A stretch of DNA of 64,000 nt from Lama guanicoe (lineage: Eukaryota), in assembly GCA_013239625.1 (NCBI GenBank), contig MU054187.1, positions 22,940,795-23,004,794 on the forward strand, read 5' to 3'. Below the pieces are notes generated by a model. That model saw only the letters and a program-made list of their open reading frames with translations. It made no database searches and was not told the origin of the DNA. Made by a program: the position numbers and the translations under genes. Positions 1 to 12,899 of this stretch are shown here, in pieces (position 1 is the stretch's first letter; each line of letters begins with the position of its first letter).

Positions 1-575
1 TAAATGCTGCTTTTAAAATTATTAAGGAGACCCAGGGGTATGCGTGTACGAGTCCCTTAATTAAAGTGAAACTTTAGCTGAAGTTTTCGGTCCACTAACC
101 GGTGGTTCACAAATCATTTGATCGCATGTTATATTCTTGCTAAAACCCAGGGATTTTAGCTGTGCAGTTTCTGAAAATGGTTTTGTATCCCCCAACGTTA
201 ACGCCACCAAATTACAGCAAGTTCTGGGGTTCCTTGAGGAACCCGTGTGGCTTGGCGCCCATGGCTAGTGCTCTAGGAACAGACAAAACCAAAGGAGCAA
301 ACTCCCTGGTATTCTGCTCCCAGCTGATAATCCATAGTGTCATTTCCACCATTTTTTTTTTTTTTACCTTTTTCTAAATTGTAAAGCTGAGCCAATTCCT
401 CCACTGTCTTTGATTTAGGCTCGTAATTTTACTTTGCTCTCTGTTTCTCATTCTCATGCCTTTTAAAATTTCTACCTCTTTTCACTACAGATTCAAAGCC
501 TTCAGTTTTTAATCTAGTTTGATTATTGCTCCTATTTTCCTATTATTTCTTTTGCTTAATGACTAGACCTTGACT

Positions 576-1543
576 CAAAGGTAGATTTACCTTGAAGGTG
601 ATAAAGCTTTTAGGCCTGTCATTCAATTTGCATAGGCTCCTTCCAAGGCCCTGGGAGAGGCCTTAGGTGTGTATTCACATGCTCATAAATTTTTGTAATG
701 TTTGCAAAAGTAAGCTATTTTAGCTTTAATCATTTGTTTCTTCTTACCCTGCTAGCTTTCTCTTCTGATACTTTCCGTTCGTGGTGTTGTCGTGGCTTCA
801 GTCATTTTGTGGATCCAGTTTAGGGAGAGTTGAGTTAAAGATGCATCTCATTTTGGTTCTTAGTTGTTGCCGTACATGTAAATTATTATCACTCGCCATG
901 CTAGTGTATGAGTAGCCGTCAGGAACAGCCCCACCACTCACTGAGTGGACCCAATGGCATCTTGACATGGACCAGAGTTATCATCTCGTATACGATTATC
1001 CTATGGCAACGTGGTACCAGAAATATGTGGGCAGTGGAGTGGCATATACTTTGAAATGAATGAAGAGAGAATTAAAGCTGTGGAAAAGCTTTCCAAATTT
1101 TAAGGCCGATACGTGAAAGAAATGTGGATTTAGATTTTCCCAAATTTGACAGGAATTCTGACATTTAAAAAAGAAACATTTCTAAATTATTAAGAATAAT
1201 TTAAAAAAATTACCAGCCAATCTCTAGAGAAGACTTTATTCTTTCCGTAAAAGTGATACAAAAGTTGTTGTCATACAAACAGGTAAAAATATACAAGAAA
1301 AGCTGTAAAAGTTTTAGAAAAGTAAATATAATAGAAGTACTCACGTAACTAATTAATAAAAATGCAATGATATTTTTCTGGATTTTGCGATGTTTTGAAA
1401 TTATCTAGCATTTAAAAGTTTATAATTTGTTGTGCTTTCTTCTCTTCTAAAGAAATGTTCACAATTGTTCCAATTTTGTACTTTATACATTTAAGTTCTT
1501 TTTATTTATCTGTCAGACTTAACAAAACCTGGAACAGCCCCTG
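576..1543 (+). mobile_element. hAT-Tip100 DNA transposon fossil, Arthur1 (MER69)-like
   Basis: 5' end CAAAGGTAGATTTACCTTGAAG...CCTTCCAAGGCCCTG and 3' end CAAAACCTGGAACAGCCCCTG resemble Arthur1 termini. Degenerate 8-bp TSD: CCTTGACT (568-575) / CCCTAACT (1544-1551). Confidence 0.75.
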
Positions 1544-1614
1544 CCCTAACTCACTTAGCCCAAATAACGCAAAAATATGGAAATCATTCTAATGAAAATT
1601 TGACTTAGTGTGAT

Positions 1615-1790
1615 GGCTGAGTGGGCAGGAACCAAGGCTCCAGAGCGAGCCTACCTGGGGTAAAATCTTGGCTCCGTAGTCTACCCGTGTGACCGCAGAC
1701 TGGTTACCTAGCATGTTTAAGCCTCAACTTTCTCATTTTAAAGAGAGGAGATTGGATTAGGAAATGTAATTCCTTACAATTGCATGATAA
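1615..1790 (+). mobile_element. MIR SINE fragment
   Basis: MIR core-like sequence (cctggggtaaaatcttggctcc...tgtgacc...agcctcaactttctcatttt). Confidence 0.6.
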
Positions 1791-2031
1791 TACAAAGAAT
1801 TTAAATATAGTGGACAATCAAATAAATAAAGTAATAGAGCATCCATGCTGAAAGGAACCTTGAATATCCTGTAATTTTACTCCAGTCCTGCTCCTTCAGA
1901 TGTATGTGTAGGGGGAGAAATGGGTCTAGTATGGAAACTGACCTAGCCTCCCTCTCCTTCAACTAGTCTGGTTCTGCTTTTATTTATGTAAAGTCCAGGT
2001 AAGCTTTAGTTTGAACAAAGTGCTCTGTGAC

Positions 2032-2054
2032 TGTGTGTGTGTGTGTGTGTGTGT
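2032..2054. repeat. (TG)n microsatellite
   Basis: Directly visible tract. Confidence 0.95.
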
Positions 2055-2799
2055 TTGAACACCACTGCTCTTGTCCAGTCTTTGTATGAAGAATCACATG
2101 ATTGCATTAGTAAAAATATTAAAAATTGAAAACAGGTAGTATTCTCTCTTCTGTCTGATCTTAATCTCATACGTTGGGAATGACACGTTGTTATTTAGAA
2201 GTAAACAGATGAAACTGACCACAGCAAATTCTACCATCCAGATCAGAGATAAAGCATTCAGTGAAAGAAAATCGAACAAGAAACAACTGGGAGGAACATA
2301 AGCTTCCTCCCAATTCTCAGGGATATTAGAGGATTATCAAGTTTCCCACAACACGAGACTGAGCCTCCTGTTGCTTTCTGTTTGGCAGATTATTTTCAAC
2401 CATTATTGAAAGAAAATACGAATTCAAACAGCAGGAGGACTTTAATAGGGAACTAACACTTGAATGTCATATATATGTCCCCAAGGATCTGTCTTTTGTT
2501 TTTAATATTTTTGACTGTGCTTTTTAATTAGAAAAAAAAAGTAATCTCTTTATAACTTCTTCTCAAATTGCTAGACAGAATAATCTTAATCCCTCTTTAA
2601 TTTGACAGTTCTTCAAATATATGAATCAGCTTTATCCGCAAGTATATTCACTTCTGATTAAACATTGATTATTTTATGATAGGACCTAAAGATATTTTCT
2701 TTGATGTTTATAAGTCACTGAGAAGTAAAAATTAATCAGCATCTCTGAAGATTACTTTCAGTTTTAGAGATCTTCATGGGTCTTCTGACAACTCTTCTT

Positions 2800-4502
2800 T
2801 TTTTTTAATTAATTAATTAATTAATTAATTAATTTATTTCCGTTGGATGTGCTTAAAGTTTTTTTTAAACATTTTTTATTGATTTATAATCATTTTACAA
2901 TATTTTGTCAAATTCCAGTGTTCAGCACAATTTTTCAGTCATACATGGACATATACACACTCATTGTCACATTTTTTTCTCTGTGAGCTACCATAACATT
3001 TTGTGTATATTTCCCTGTGCTATACAGTGTAATCTTGTTTATCTATTCTACAATTTTGAAATCCCAGTCTATTCTTCCCACCCTCTGCCCCACTGGCAAC
3101 CACAAGTCTGTATTCTCTGTCTATGAGTCTATTTCTGTCCTGTATTTATACTTTGTCTTTGTTTGTTTGTTTGTGTTTTTGTTTTTGTTTTTTAGATTCC
3201 ACATATGAGCATCTCATGTGGTATTTTTCTTTCTCTTTCTGGCTTACTTCACTTAGAATGACATCCTCCAGGAGCATCCATGTTGCTGCAAATGGCGTTA
3301 CGTTGTCGGTTTTTATGGCTGAGTAGTATTCCATTGTATAAATATACCATCTCTTCTTTATCCAGTCACCTGTTGAAGGACACTTAGGCTGTTTCTATGT
3401 CTTGGCTATTGTAAATAGTGCTGCTATGAATATTGGGGTGCAGGTGTCATTTGGAAGTAGGGTTCCTTCTGGATACAAGCCCAGGAGCAGGATTCCTGGG
3501 TCATATGGTAAGTCTATTCCTAGTCTTTTGAGGAATCTCCACACTGTTTTCCATAGTGGCTGCACCAAACTGCATTCCCACCAGCAGTGTAGGAGGGTTC
3601 CCCTTTCTCCACAGCCTCTCCAGCATTTGTCATTTATGGATTTTTGAATGATGGCCATTCTGAGTGATGTGAGGTGATACGTCATTGTAGTTTGAGGATA
3701 TTACACTCGTTAATATATATGCACCCAATATAGGAGCACCTAAGTACATAGAACAATTACTAACAGAGATAAAGGGGGATATTGATGGGAATACAATCAT
3801 AGTTGGAGATTTTAACACTGCATTAACATCACTAGACAGATCTTCCAGACAGAAAATAAACAAGGCAACAGAGAAATTAAATACTACAATAGAAAAACTA
3901 GATTTTGGTGAGCATTACACTCACCAAAAATAGGATATACATTCTTTTCAAGTTCACATGGAACATTTTCCAGGATTGATCATGTACTTGGGCATAAAAG
4001 AAACCTCAACAATTTTAAGAAGATAGAAATTATCTCAAGCATCTTTACTGACCATGATGCCATGCAACTGGAAATCAACAACAGAGAAACAAAGGATAAA
4101 AAAAGGAAAGCATGGAGATTAAACAATATGTTATTGAAAAAACAATGGGTCAATGAGGAAATCAAAGCTGAAATTAAAAAATACCTTTAGACAAATGACA
4201 ATGAAAGCACAACCACTCAAAATCTATGGGACGCAGCAAAGACGGTGCTAAGAGGGAAGTTTATAGTGATACAGGCCTTCCTCAAAAAAGAAGAACAATC
4301 TCAAATAAACAAGTTAACCCACCACCTGAAAGAATTAGAAAAAGAAGAACAAAAAGCCCCAAAAGGCAGCAGAAGGAAGGAAATAATAAAGATCAGGGAG
4401 GAAATAAATACAATAGGGATTAACAAGACCATAAAGAAAATCAACCAAACCAAAAGCTGGTTTTTTGAAAAAGTAAATAAAATTGACAAACCTCTGGCAA
4501 AA
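2800..4502 (-). mobile_element. Young L1, 5'-truncated, with 5' inversion and 3' transduction
   Basis: 2867-3693 is the L1 3' UTR and ORF2 C-terminus on the minus strand ([18 protein letters not shown]). 3694-4502 is the ORF2 endonuclease region on the plus strand (NIYAPN, GDFNT, SRIDH). 15-bp TSD CTGACAACTCTTCTT (2785-2799) / CTGACAACTTTTCTT (4503-4517). Confidence 0.93.
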
Positions 4503-4560
4503 CTGACAACTTTTCTTGAATTAAGTCTTTTCTTGCAATCAGAATTCCTCCTCCTGCTTT

Positions 4561-4586
4561 TGTGTGTGTGTGTGTGTGTGTGTGTG
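4561..4586. repeat. (TG)n microsatellite
   Basis: Directly visible tract. Confidence 0.95.
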
Positions 4587-4861
4587 GTTTGACTACAAAA
4601 AAACCCTGGAATTTCTAATACCTAGATAGTCAGATACTCCTTCAAATTAAATAGCTTAGGTATTTCAAATTGTCAATAAATAAATAATTAACACAGAGAA
4701 CAGTTCACTTTTTTGCAAATATATATTGAACAATTTAGAATGAGAGTTTAATGGGTGAAATGAAATGAATTTGATGATTATGATTTTGTGCATTGCCCAG
4801 TGTAGTTATCTTGTTCTAAAGGAAGAAGAAACCAGGAGATATGAATAACTGAAGGGATACA

Positions 4862-5612
4862 TTTTTTTGTTTATATATTTTTATTGAAATGTAGTCAGTT
4901 CACAATGTTGTGTCAATTTCTGGTGCACAGCACAACGCTTCAGTCATACATGAATATACATATGTTCGTTTTCATATACTTTTTCACTATAAGTTACTAC
5001 AAGATATTGAATATAGTTCCCTGAGTTAAACAGTATAAACTTGTTTATTTTATATATATTAGTGTCTGCAAATCTCAAACTCCCATTTGGTCCCCTCCCA
5101 ACCCCTTCCCCCTCTGGTAACCAAAAGTCTGCTTTCTATGTCTGTGAGTCTGTCTCTGTTTTATAAATAAGTTTGTCTTTTTTTTTTTTAGGTTCCACAT
5201 ATAATTGATATCATATGGTATTTTTCTTTCTCTTTCTTGCTTACTTTACTTAGAATGACATTCACCAGATCCATCCATGTTGCAGCAAATGGCATTCATT
5301 ATTTTGTTATTTTTTATGGTTGAGTAGTATTCCATTGTATAAATATACCAAAGCCAGCTTCTTTATCCAATCATCAGTCAATGGATCATTGATTGATTTA
5401 GTTGTCTCCATGTTTTGGCTATTGTAAATAGTGCTGCTATGAACATTGGGGTGCATCTATCTTTTTGAAATAAGGTTCCTTCTGGATATATGCCTAAGAG
5501 TAGGATTGCTGGATCATATGGTAGGTCTATTTTTAGTCTTTTGAGGAATCTCCATACTGTTTTCCATAATGCCTGCACCAGATTACATTCCCACCAACAG
5601 TGTAGGAGGGTT
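4862..5612 (-). mobile_element. 5'-truncated L1 (3' UTR and ORF2 C-terminus)
   Basis: Minus-strand [29 protein letters not shown]; degenerate TSD CTGAAGGGATAC (4849) / CTGAAGGAATAT (5613). Confidence 0.9.
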
Positions 5613-6876
5613 CTGAAGGAATATTTTAAACTTTAAAAGCAGCTACTTAAAGAAAGCCATCTTTAAGAAGGTGGCAATTTCTGAATCATCAAATCATGAT
5701 TCTTAAAACTGAATATTCTCCAGTGAATATTTTAATTATGGATTTTATAATTGTAAGAGAGGATCTTTAAGATTCACTTAACAATTTTGTCTCTAGAATA
5801 AGTATTTCTGATATATTTATACTTATGCAATATATACCTAATAACATCACCAACATTGTAGGTTTATGTTTTTACATAGGGTTCTGTAATAAACTAAGTA
5901 ATATTCTCCTGAGAAAATGCAGCCAAATGCTTTAACTGTTATTAATTACTTTCAATTTTTAGTATTTTGACTAAACACTGTCATTTGTATCTTTCTATAT
6001 CTAATATTTGTCTCTGTTTTTAAATGAGAAGCTTATATGCTTTTTCCCGATTGCACTGTGTATTTATTACTTTATCCTGAAGATCTGAAATTGCTCTATT
6101 TAAATTTGGGCCCTTTGTGTGTATGTGAGTGTGTGTTTGTGTGTTTACATGATTTGTTCCTCACTCAGTAGCTTTTAGTCTTTCGGTTTCTTTTCAATCA
6201 CTGTTAGCTGTGTCCTTGAGGAAATTAACCCCTTTGACAGTGCTTAAATATTGCTTCTTATAACATATTCCACCCCTACTCTCTCCCTTTACTTGTGCCT
6301 GCTCTGATTTACCACTGTTTTATTGGCCAAACATCCTACCCAAGCTTGATGCCTGTATTTTTGTTTTCTGTAATATAAGTTGATTATATTCCTTCAACAA
6401 AATTTTCAGCATGTGAAGTCCACTGTTCCTCTAGCCACTGCCACGAGGACCCAGTAAATCCCCTCACATACTTGAATTCCTTCTTGGGGAGAAGAGTTGT
6501 GAGCAGAGTCACTCTGGAAGGCTAAGGACTTCAACCGAAGAGTCTAAGTCCTCTAAAGAAGGCCTTGGAATCAGCCAGTACTGGTAGCTGAACTTTGCAT
6601 AATTTCAATATTTAAATTGAATAGAAACTATATCAGAAGGCGTGTAATGCTATTAAAAGACAAGTACAGGGCTTTTTGTTTACTCTTCAATCTAGCACAT
6701 CGGGGATTGTTAATTAATCTAGGAAGTCTAGATTACCTGCAGAAAAATGCAGATGCTCCATTTCATTGGCATGTCCAAGTAGATGTGATTAAATTGGCAT
6801 TAGGGGTATAGAGACCTTAAGAAAGTCCTAACCAGTTTCCCATGGCTGCAACGATGTTTCCAGAAGCAATTAAGCC

Positions 6877-7222
6877 TGTGATTGTTAATTTATTTTCCAT
6901 TTTGGTGAGACTGTTGGGCCCAGTCGTTTGGTGAAATGTTAGTGTAGATGTTGCTTTGAATGTATTTTGTAGATGTGATTAACATTTGCTATCAGCTGAA
7001 TTTAAATAAAGCAGATTACCTTCCATAATGTGGGTGGGCCTTGTGCAATCAGTTGACGACCTTAAAGCAACAACTGAGGTTTCTCAGAGAAGAAGGAATT
7101 CTACCTCAAGACTGTAATACAGAAGTCCTTCCTGAGTTCCCAGCCTGCCAGCCTGTCCTACAGATTTCATGCTTGCCAGTCTCCCAGTGGTTCTGTGGTT
7201 CTATTTTCTCTGGAAAGGCCTG
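6877..7222 (+). mobile_element. MLT2 (ERVL) solo LTR, MLT2D-like
   Basis: Starts TGTGATTGTTAATTT; contains AAAGCAGATTACCTTCCATAATGTGGGTGGGCC and GAAGAAGGAATTCT motifs typical of MLT2C/D. Confidence 0.8.
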
Positions 7223-8869
7223 AAGTGCCCCTCACCCCCAAGAATAGGTACCAAGTTTTCTTGGCTGTTCTAACACTGGGCTCTGATCCATCCTCTGAAC
7301 ATTCCTCAAATCAGTTTCTCCATGTCCTGCTCCCTCTTCTTCCCAGGAGATATTCTCCAAAATGTTTAATCAGTTCTCAATAAAGAGTTAGTAACTGGTG
7401 AGCAACTTTATAGGGAGGAATTTAACAAGCATCTACTGAAATCTAATACATTGATATTTGTCTTGTCAAAACCATAAAACTTTATGTTAAGAAAAATAAA
7501 TAAATAAATACTCTCATTTCTAGCAAGGAGTATGATGAATTAGCACAGAGTGAAACAGTCAATAGGTTTACAAGAAGTTTTACAAAATGTAGATCATGTG
7601 TACCTATAACTTGAAACATTTAGATATTCATGGATGCCAATGGCTATACATAACAGTGAGAACAAAGCAGATGCCAAAGGACAGAGGTGCTGGTGATCAG
7701 AAGCCAGATACCCACTTGTCATGACTCTATATACTCCTAGGTTTGAAATAATCACCAGGAAAGAAAGGAGTAAAAAGAAATCCTATAGCTATTTTGTTTC
7801 CAACTGTAATGCCTGCAAAATATATGGAATATATTAAGATTCTGTTTTTTGTAATCAGATTGAATTAAGGCTAGAAATAGAGATAAAGGTGAGTCAATGA
7901 AAATACAACAGGAATAACAATTTTTTCATGCAACTATATGTGCTTTGATAATTCATAAAGAAGATAATGATAAGAATGATGGTATTAAACAACTCTTTAT
8001 TTACTAGTATTAGTTTGGACATTATACATTTGAGACATCTGTCACTTTATGAATTCTTTCCTTTTTGTTAATCTAGTTTCTTTCAGTGTAGCTTTTCATA
8101 TTAAGTAAGAGTAGGTCTGGAAGATGTGGTAAGAAAGCAGTGTGTATGATGTATGTAAAAGTTCCTGTCAAATATAAAACATAGATATTGAAAGAGAATT
8201 GAAGTCTGTTTTAAAAAGATGAAGTGAAGGACAAGCCTTCAGACATGAATGTCTTGATTTACCATTTTGAGGATGCACAGAGGTGTATGTTAGAATCCAT
8301 TGAAAAGTTCTGGAGAATTTCAAAACTGCGGATCATCTGTCAAGGTGTAGCCTGAGAAACTCTTAAGACCAGTCCCCAGATGGGGCAGCACAAACAAAGT
8401 GAAAATGGTGGTAATAGGAGGTTAGAGGGGTAAGTTATCACATCTCTCTTCTTTAGAGCCCAAACATGGTATTCCAAATATTTGAAAGTTCTTGAGTGCC
8501 CATGTAGGAAAAGCAGAAGGATACAGAAAAAATAAGAATTTATCAGGAATTAGATTTCTAGAGCAAGATTAGGCCAGTTGTAGGAAATAATGTTTTGCAG
8601 GTTTGGTCAGAATATGTAAGTTACAGTTCCAATCTTTTATCAAAATAATGAAGAGTTATAATTTTGAGTGATTTCTGGACTCTTAAACATTATTTCTTCT
8701 AATCTTTTCAGTTAGTAGTATTATTTCCCAAATACTTCTGACTGTCCCACTCACAATGGTCACGTACACTCCCCTACGGCTTGTCATCAGTTGATTGCAG
8801 TTTCTGTTGACTCTGAGCTGTGGGAGGAAATTAGGGGTGTTGCTGTAGGTTGGAGGATTTAAGATTCAA

Positions 8870-10057
8870 TGTGGAGTGCAGGACTCCCACAATGGCAGAG
8901 TGAGAACCTCTGTATACCTGCTCCTTCAGCAGTGAAATGCTGGCAAAATGTGTCAAAATGATTTTTTTTTCAGAACTCTGAAAATTAACCAGATGCATGC
9001 AACAAAATGAGCATTTATTCAAGAAAAATAGAAGAACCTTATAAGAATAGCAGGGTTTGTAGTTTTTAAACCTTGATCTGTTTTAATACTCCTTTCTCCA
9101 ATCCTGTGATAGGCTTGGAAGGTAGCAGCCTTATAGCCACTGAGGGGGCAGACTGGTTAGGAGCCAAAAAGCCCTACTCCCAATACATTGCCACGCTGTT
9201 ATTTGTCTGGCAGTTTCCTAGAAAAGCCACATTCACAGGACATTGATGTTATTTCACCCTCGGAAGGAGGGGAAAAACTTATTTCTAGATTTGCCACATT
9301 ATTTTGTCAAAAAATGTCCAATTTTAAACAAAAATGATGAGACATGCTAAGAAACAACAAAGTATGTCCCCTACAGGGAAAAGGAATCAAGAGAAAACAA
9401 TGTCCTGAGAGGATTCAAATGTTGGATTTCATAGACAAAGATTTTAAATCAACTATTATGAATAGATTCAAAGAAATAAAGGAAACCATACCTAAAGAAT
9501 TAAAGTAGAGCATGACAACTTGGCAGTCCCATCAGCAAAAGTTGGAGGACTTAATGGTTCAAGCATTTAAGAAAATCTCCAAACAATTATTACATGACTA
9601 TTAAGTGAAGTGAACAGAGACAGGTTCTGCACACCATAAGGGATACAGACTTTATAAAGTCAAAGGAAAGTATGACAGTAATGTCTCACCATACCGATAA
9701 TATCAATCCAAAGTAATTGCAATAAAAAAAAGAGCCAAATAGAGATTCTAGAGTTAAAAAGTACAATAACCGAAATAGAAACTTCCCTAGTGGGGTTCGA
9801 CAACAGGTGAGGTCTGGCAGAAGGAACTTTTGTCAAACTTGAAGATACGTCGATTAAGATTATCCAATCAGAGGAGCAGAAAGAATAAAAACGAAAACCA
9901 TGAACAGAGTCTCAGGGATCTGTGGGAACACCACAAGAAAACCAGAATCAACCTAGTGGGAATCTTGGAAGGAGAGGAGAAAAGGGGCAGAGAATATTGA
10001 AGAGAGAATGGCCAAACCTTCCCAATATGATGACAAACATTAATCTACTCATCCATC
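8870..10057 (+). mobile_element. Old L1M 5' UTR/ORF1 fragment
   Basis: A-rich decayed ORF1-like sequence (aaacttgaagata...atgaacagagtctcagggatctgtggga...gaatggccaaaccttccca). Boundaries approximate. Confidence 0.7.
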
Positions 10058-11393
10058 CTGGTAAACGTGACTATTAAATTCATCTAATGACATGGCTGGT
10101 AAAAAATCATGCCCCACATTTCTGGATCCCCTCCATCTCTATTTGTTTTCGTTTATGCTTGAGAATTGGTCAGTTTTAGCCAGCTAATAATACGTTGCTA
10201 CAAACAAGTAACATTTAGCAAGCAAATCACAATAATTCTCTGGCTTTTTCCAATTATTTTCTGTGAAGCAGCAGGTTTCCTAGGCACTTGGTCTATGTTC
10301 CAGATTATTGCAGGCAAAAAATATAGCAAATGTTTTGCTACTAAAAATGTATGCCTATTTTTTTAAATCCATGATATTATTTCTTGTCACCCCGATTTGG
10401 TTGCTAAATCAGCAACATATTTTAGGCTTTAGTTATGATACCATGACATTTCTGCACATAAATTCTTCTTTATTGTATCTGAAGTACACATTTTTAAATG
10501 ATTTTAAGTAGGGAGCCAATTTTCTCAAAACTATTTCTTGAGATGACTAAGCGAGTGTTTTCCCAACTTTTTTGGGGTTTTTTTTGCTACAACACAACAA
10601 CACTAAAAAAGAAAGTTATATTGTCATCCTGTAAACATGCACACACAAACACATGCATAGCAGATGGGCCAACAGGATATCGTGTCTAAACTGAGTCTGT
10701 TTCTGGCAAACCTACATATATGTGAGTACCCTGAGTATCCTTTCTGCTGCTAAACTGATTTTTTACAATAGATTTTTAAAAAATACTGCATATTTAGCAA
10801 TGGCATGAGAACTAGGTTAGTCCCTTGAGAACTTAGAACCAACATGAATTTTGTATCTTGATTATGGCACACTATTTATTAAATAGTAAATTTAATGATT
10901 AAAGTAAATAAATATCTATCATATGATAACTACATTTTATTTAAAATTACAAATGTATCTTTAACTTAAAATTTATATCCTCAAATGTTAAATTACAGCT
11001 TCATTTGATCTAATTTTAATAGTACTTAAAAGGATCGAGAATGAACAGTAGATAAAACATCAATCATTTGACTGTCTAAAAGAGGTCTTTATTATTATAA
11101 TGGCTAATAATGAAGGACATAATCTTAAAACTGAAGCACTGAGTTTTCTATAAAAAGAAGGTAAAGGCACTATATAATTTCCTAAAGTTTAAAATTTCAT
11201 GGAAATACATCTTTATGATGGGAGGAGAACAAATTTTAAAGATTACTAAGACAAAAGAGAATGTTATCACGAGCATCCTTAAACAACTCTTAAAAAAAGG
11301 AAATACGAATCTGGAAGCTGAAAAATCAAGGATTTTTGTTTGTTTCTTTGTATTTATGCTGTGGTCTCTCAATTTGCAATTTTTTTTTTTAAG

Positions 11394-11539
11394 GCCCATT
11401 CACAGGACACCATCTGAACACAACGCTGTGTGGAAGATGCTGAAAAAGATTCCAGATTTAACCTCTCAGCTAATTGATGAGCATTTGAAAATACTTAGTA
11501 AGAGTGTCATTTCTGAAACCTGGATAAAGGGAAGCACAG
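11394..11539 (+). CDS. CNBD1: CNBD1 internal coding exon, 146 bp (probably equivalent to human exon 5)
   Basis: Poly-T tract plus AG at 11392-11393; donor G|GTAACA at 11540. Encodes PIHRTPSEHNAVWKMLKKIPDLTSQLIDEHLKILSKSVISETWIKGST, which matches recalled human CNBD1 (PIHRTPYEHKTVWKFLKTIPDL...SETWLKGST). Ends in phase 1, compatible with the next exon. Confidence 0.93.
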
Positions 11540-11733
11540 GTAACAGACGAATCTGGAGGGAAATTTGGCAAGATAAAAATGTGTGTCACTATTTTGAGAT
11601 GTCTACCATTACAGCATTCATAATTTCACTTGACATGTTAAAATAAACTGTTTGGATGTTTTTCATTTGTAAGGTTATAAGTAGTGAAACAAATAACATT
11701 TCACATTTTAGTACTTATGTTTTAAAGATACAC

Positions 11734-11895
11734 GAGGAACTATATTCAGTATCTTGTGGCAACATTTAATGGAAAAGAATATGAAAACAAATATATGTAT
11801 ATATATGCATGACTGGGACATGGTGCTGTACACCAGAAATTGACACATTGTAACTGACTGTGCTTCAATTAAAAAAAAGGAAAAAAAATTAAAAA
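11734..11895 (+). mobile_element. Short L1 3' end with A-tail, sense to CNBD1
   Basis: Reverse complement of the 3' ends seen at 4862 and 15270; A-rich tail; degenerate TSD AAAGATACAC (11724-11733) / AAAGACACAT (11896-11905). Confidence 0.85.
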
Positions 11896-11906
11896 AAAGA
11901 CACATC

Positions 11907-12083
11907 GTGGTTTTTCTCTACTTTGAACATGCATCAGAGTCATCCAGAGGACCCAGTGAAATGTATTGTTCTGTTTAATCCCTTTGGTTTCTGATTCAGT
12001 GGGTTTGGGATGGACTTAATTTGCATTTCCAATAACATTCCAGTGGGTGCTGCTAGTCTGAGGACCACACTCTGAAAACTGCT
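11907..12083. mobile_element. MER5A-like hAT-Charlie element
   Basis: gcatcagagtcatcc...ttctgattcagtgggtttgggatgg...atttgcatttcc...gaggaccacactctga matches recalled MER5A. Confidence 0.75.
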
Positions 12084-12473
12084 TATTGATACACACATTT
12101 AATAACAATCTAGCATTGGTTTTCATAGTTAAGACAGCAGGTGGTCAAGGCAATTATTTGACTGATCCAGATACTGAGAAGAAAACTTCTTGACGGATTT
12201 TAGTTTAGTTTCCCAATTTTAATTTTTAGTCCCTTTACCAGGGATATGTTGGATACATTAATAGAAGTATTTTATATTTTAATTTTTTTGGGGGGGTGGC
12301 AAACAAATAAACACACAGAGTCACACACACACACATAAACCAACAAAGTGCAACATCATTTTGTTGCATTTATTGAGTACTTACTAAAAAAGAGGAACTA
12401 AATTTATTTAATGCATTATTTATGTGAGGGGCTTCCCTTATTTATTCCTCACAGTATCAAATAAAAGTAGGTA

Positions 12474-12516
12474 TTTATTATTATTATTATTATTATTACT
12501 ATTATTACTATTATTA
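12474..12516. repeat. (TTA)n microsatellite
   Basis: Directly visible; it produces the poly-Leu run in ORF 12424..12672. Confidence 0.95.
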
Positions 12517-12899
12517 CACTGTACAGATAAGAACCTAAGTCATAAAATATCATGCAGAATATTCCTGATTAGAACTGAATTTCATACACACTTTAGCCTT
12601 AATGCTAAACTCATTCTCTGCCCACTTTGGCAATGTTTTTATAAAGCAGTTCATCAGAAGCATGATATTTAAACTCAAACTGGAATTTTGGACAACATGT
12701 GTCTATTGGAAAGATTTTCATATTTTGAGAGTTTCCCTTCCTTATTATTGGTTTCATTTAATCTGACATCAAGCAGTGAAAAGTAAATCACAGGAGTTTT
12801 CGCAGAAGATAAATGATTTTGAAAAGGAAGAAAGAACAAACATCCAGCATTGCTTTGCCGTTAGCTTGAGGATGATAATTAAAAATTAATTTGTTCTAT

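Noticed and set aside
227..244. Perfect 8-bp hairpin GGGTTCCT-TG-AGGAACCC in a slightly CpG-richer stretch
   Set aside because: Short enough to arise by chance in 64 kb or as a transposon remnant; no supporting context.
3694..4592. Sense-strand L1 endonuclease ORFs as a domesticated gene
   Set aside because: A deletion near 3910 and a stop at ~4188-4190 disrupt the frame; the segment is the inverted part of a dead L1.
11215..11646. 143-aa ORF as a stand-alone gene
   Set aside because: Only 11394-11539 is CNBD1-like; the upstream part runs through the polypyrimidine tract.
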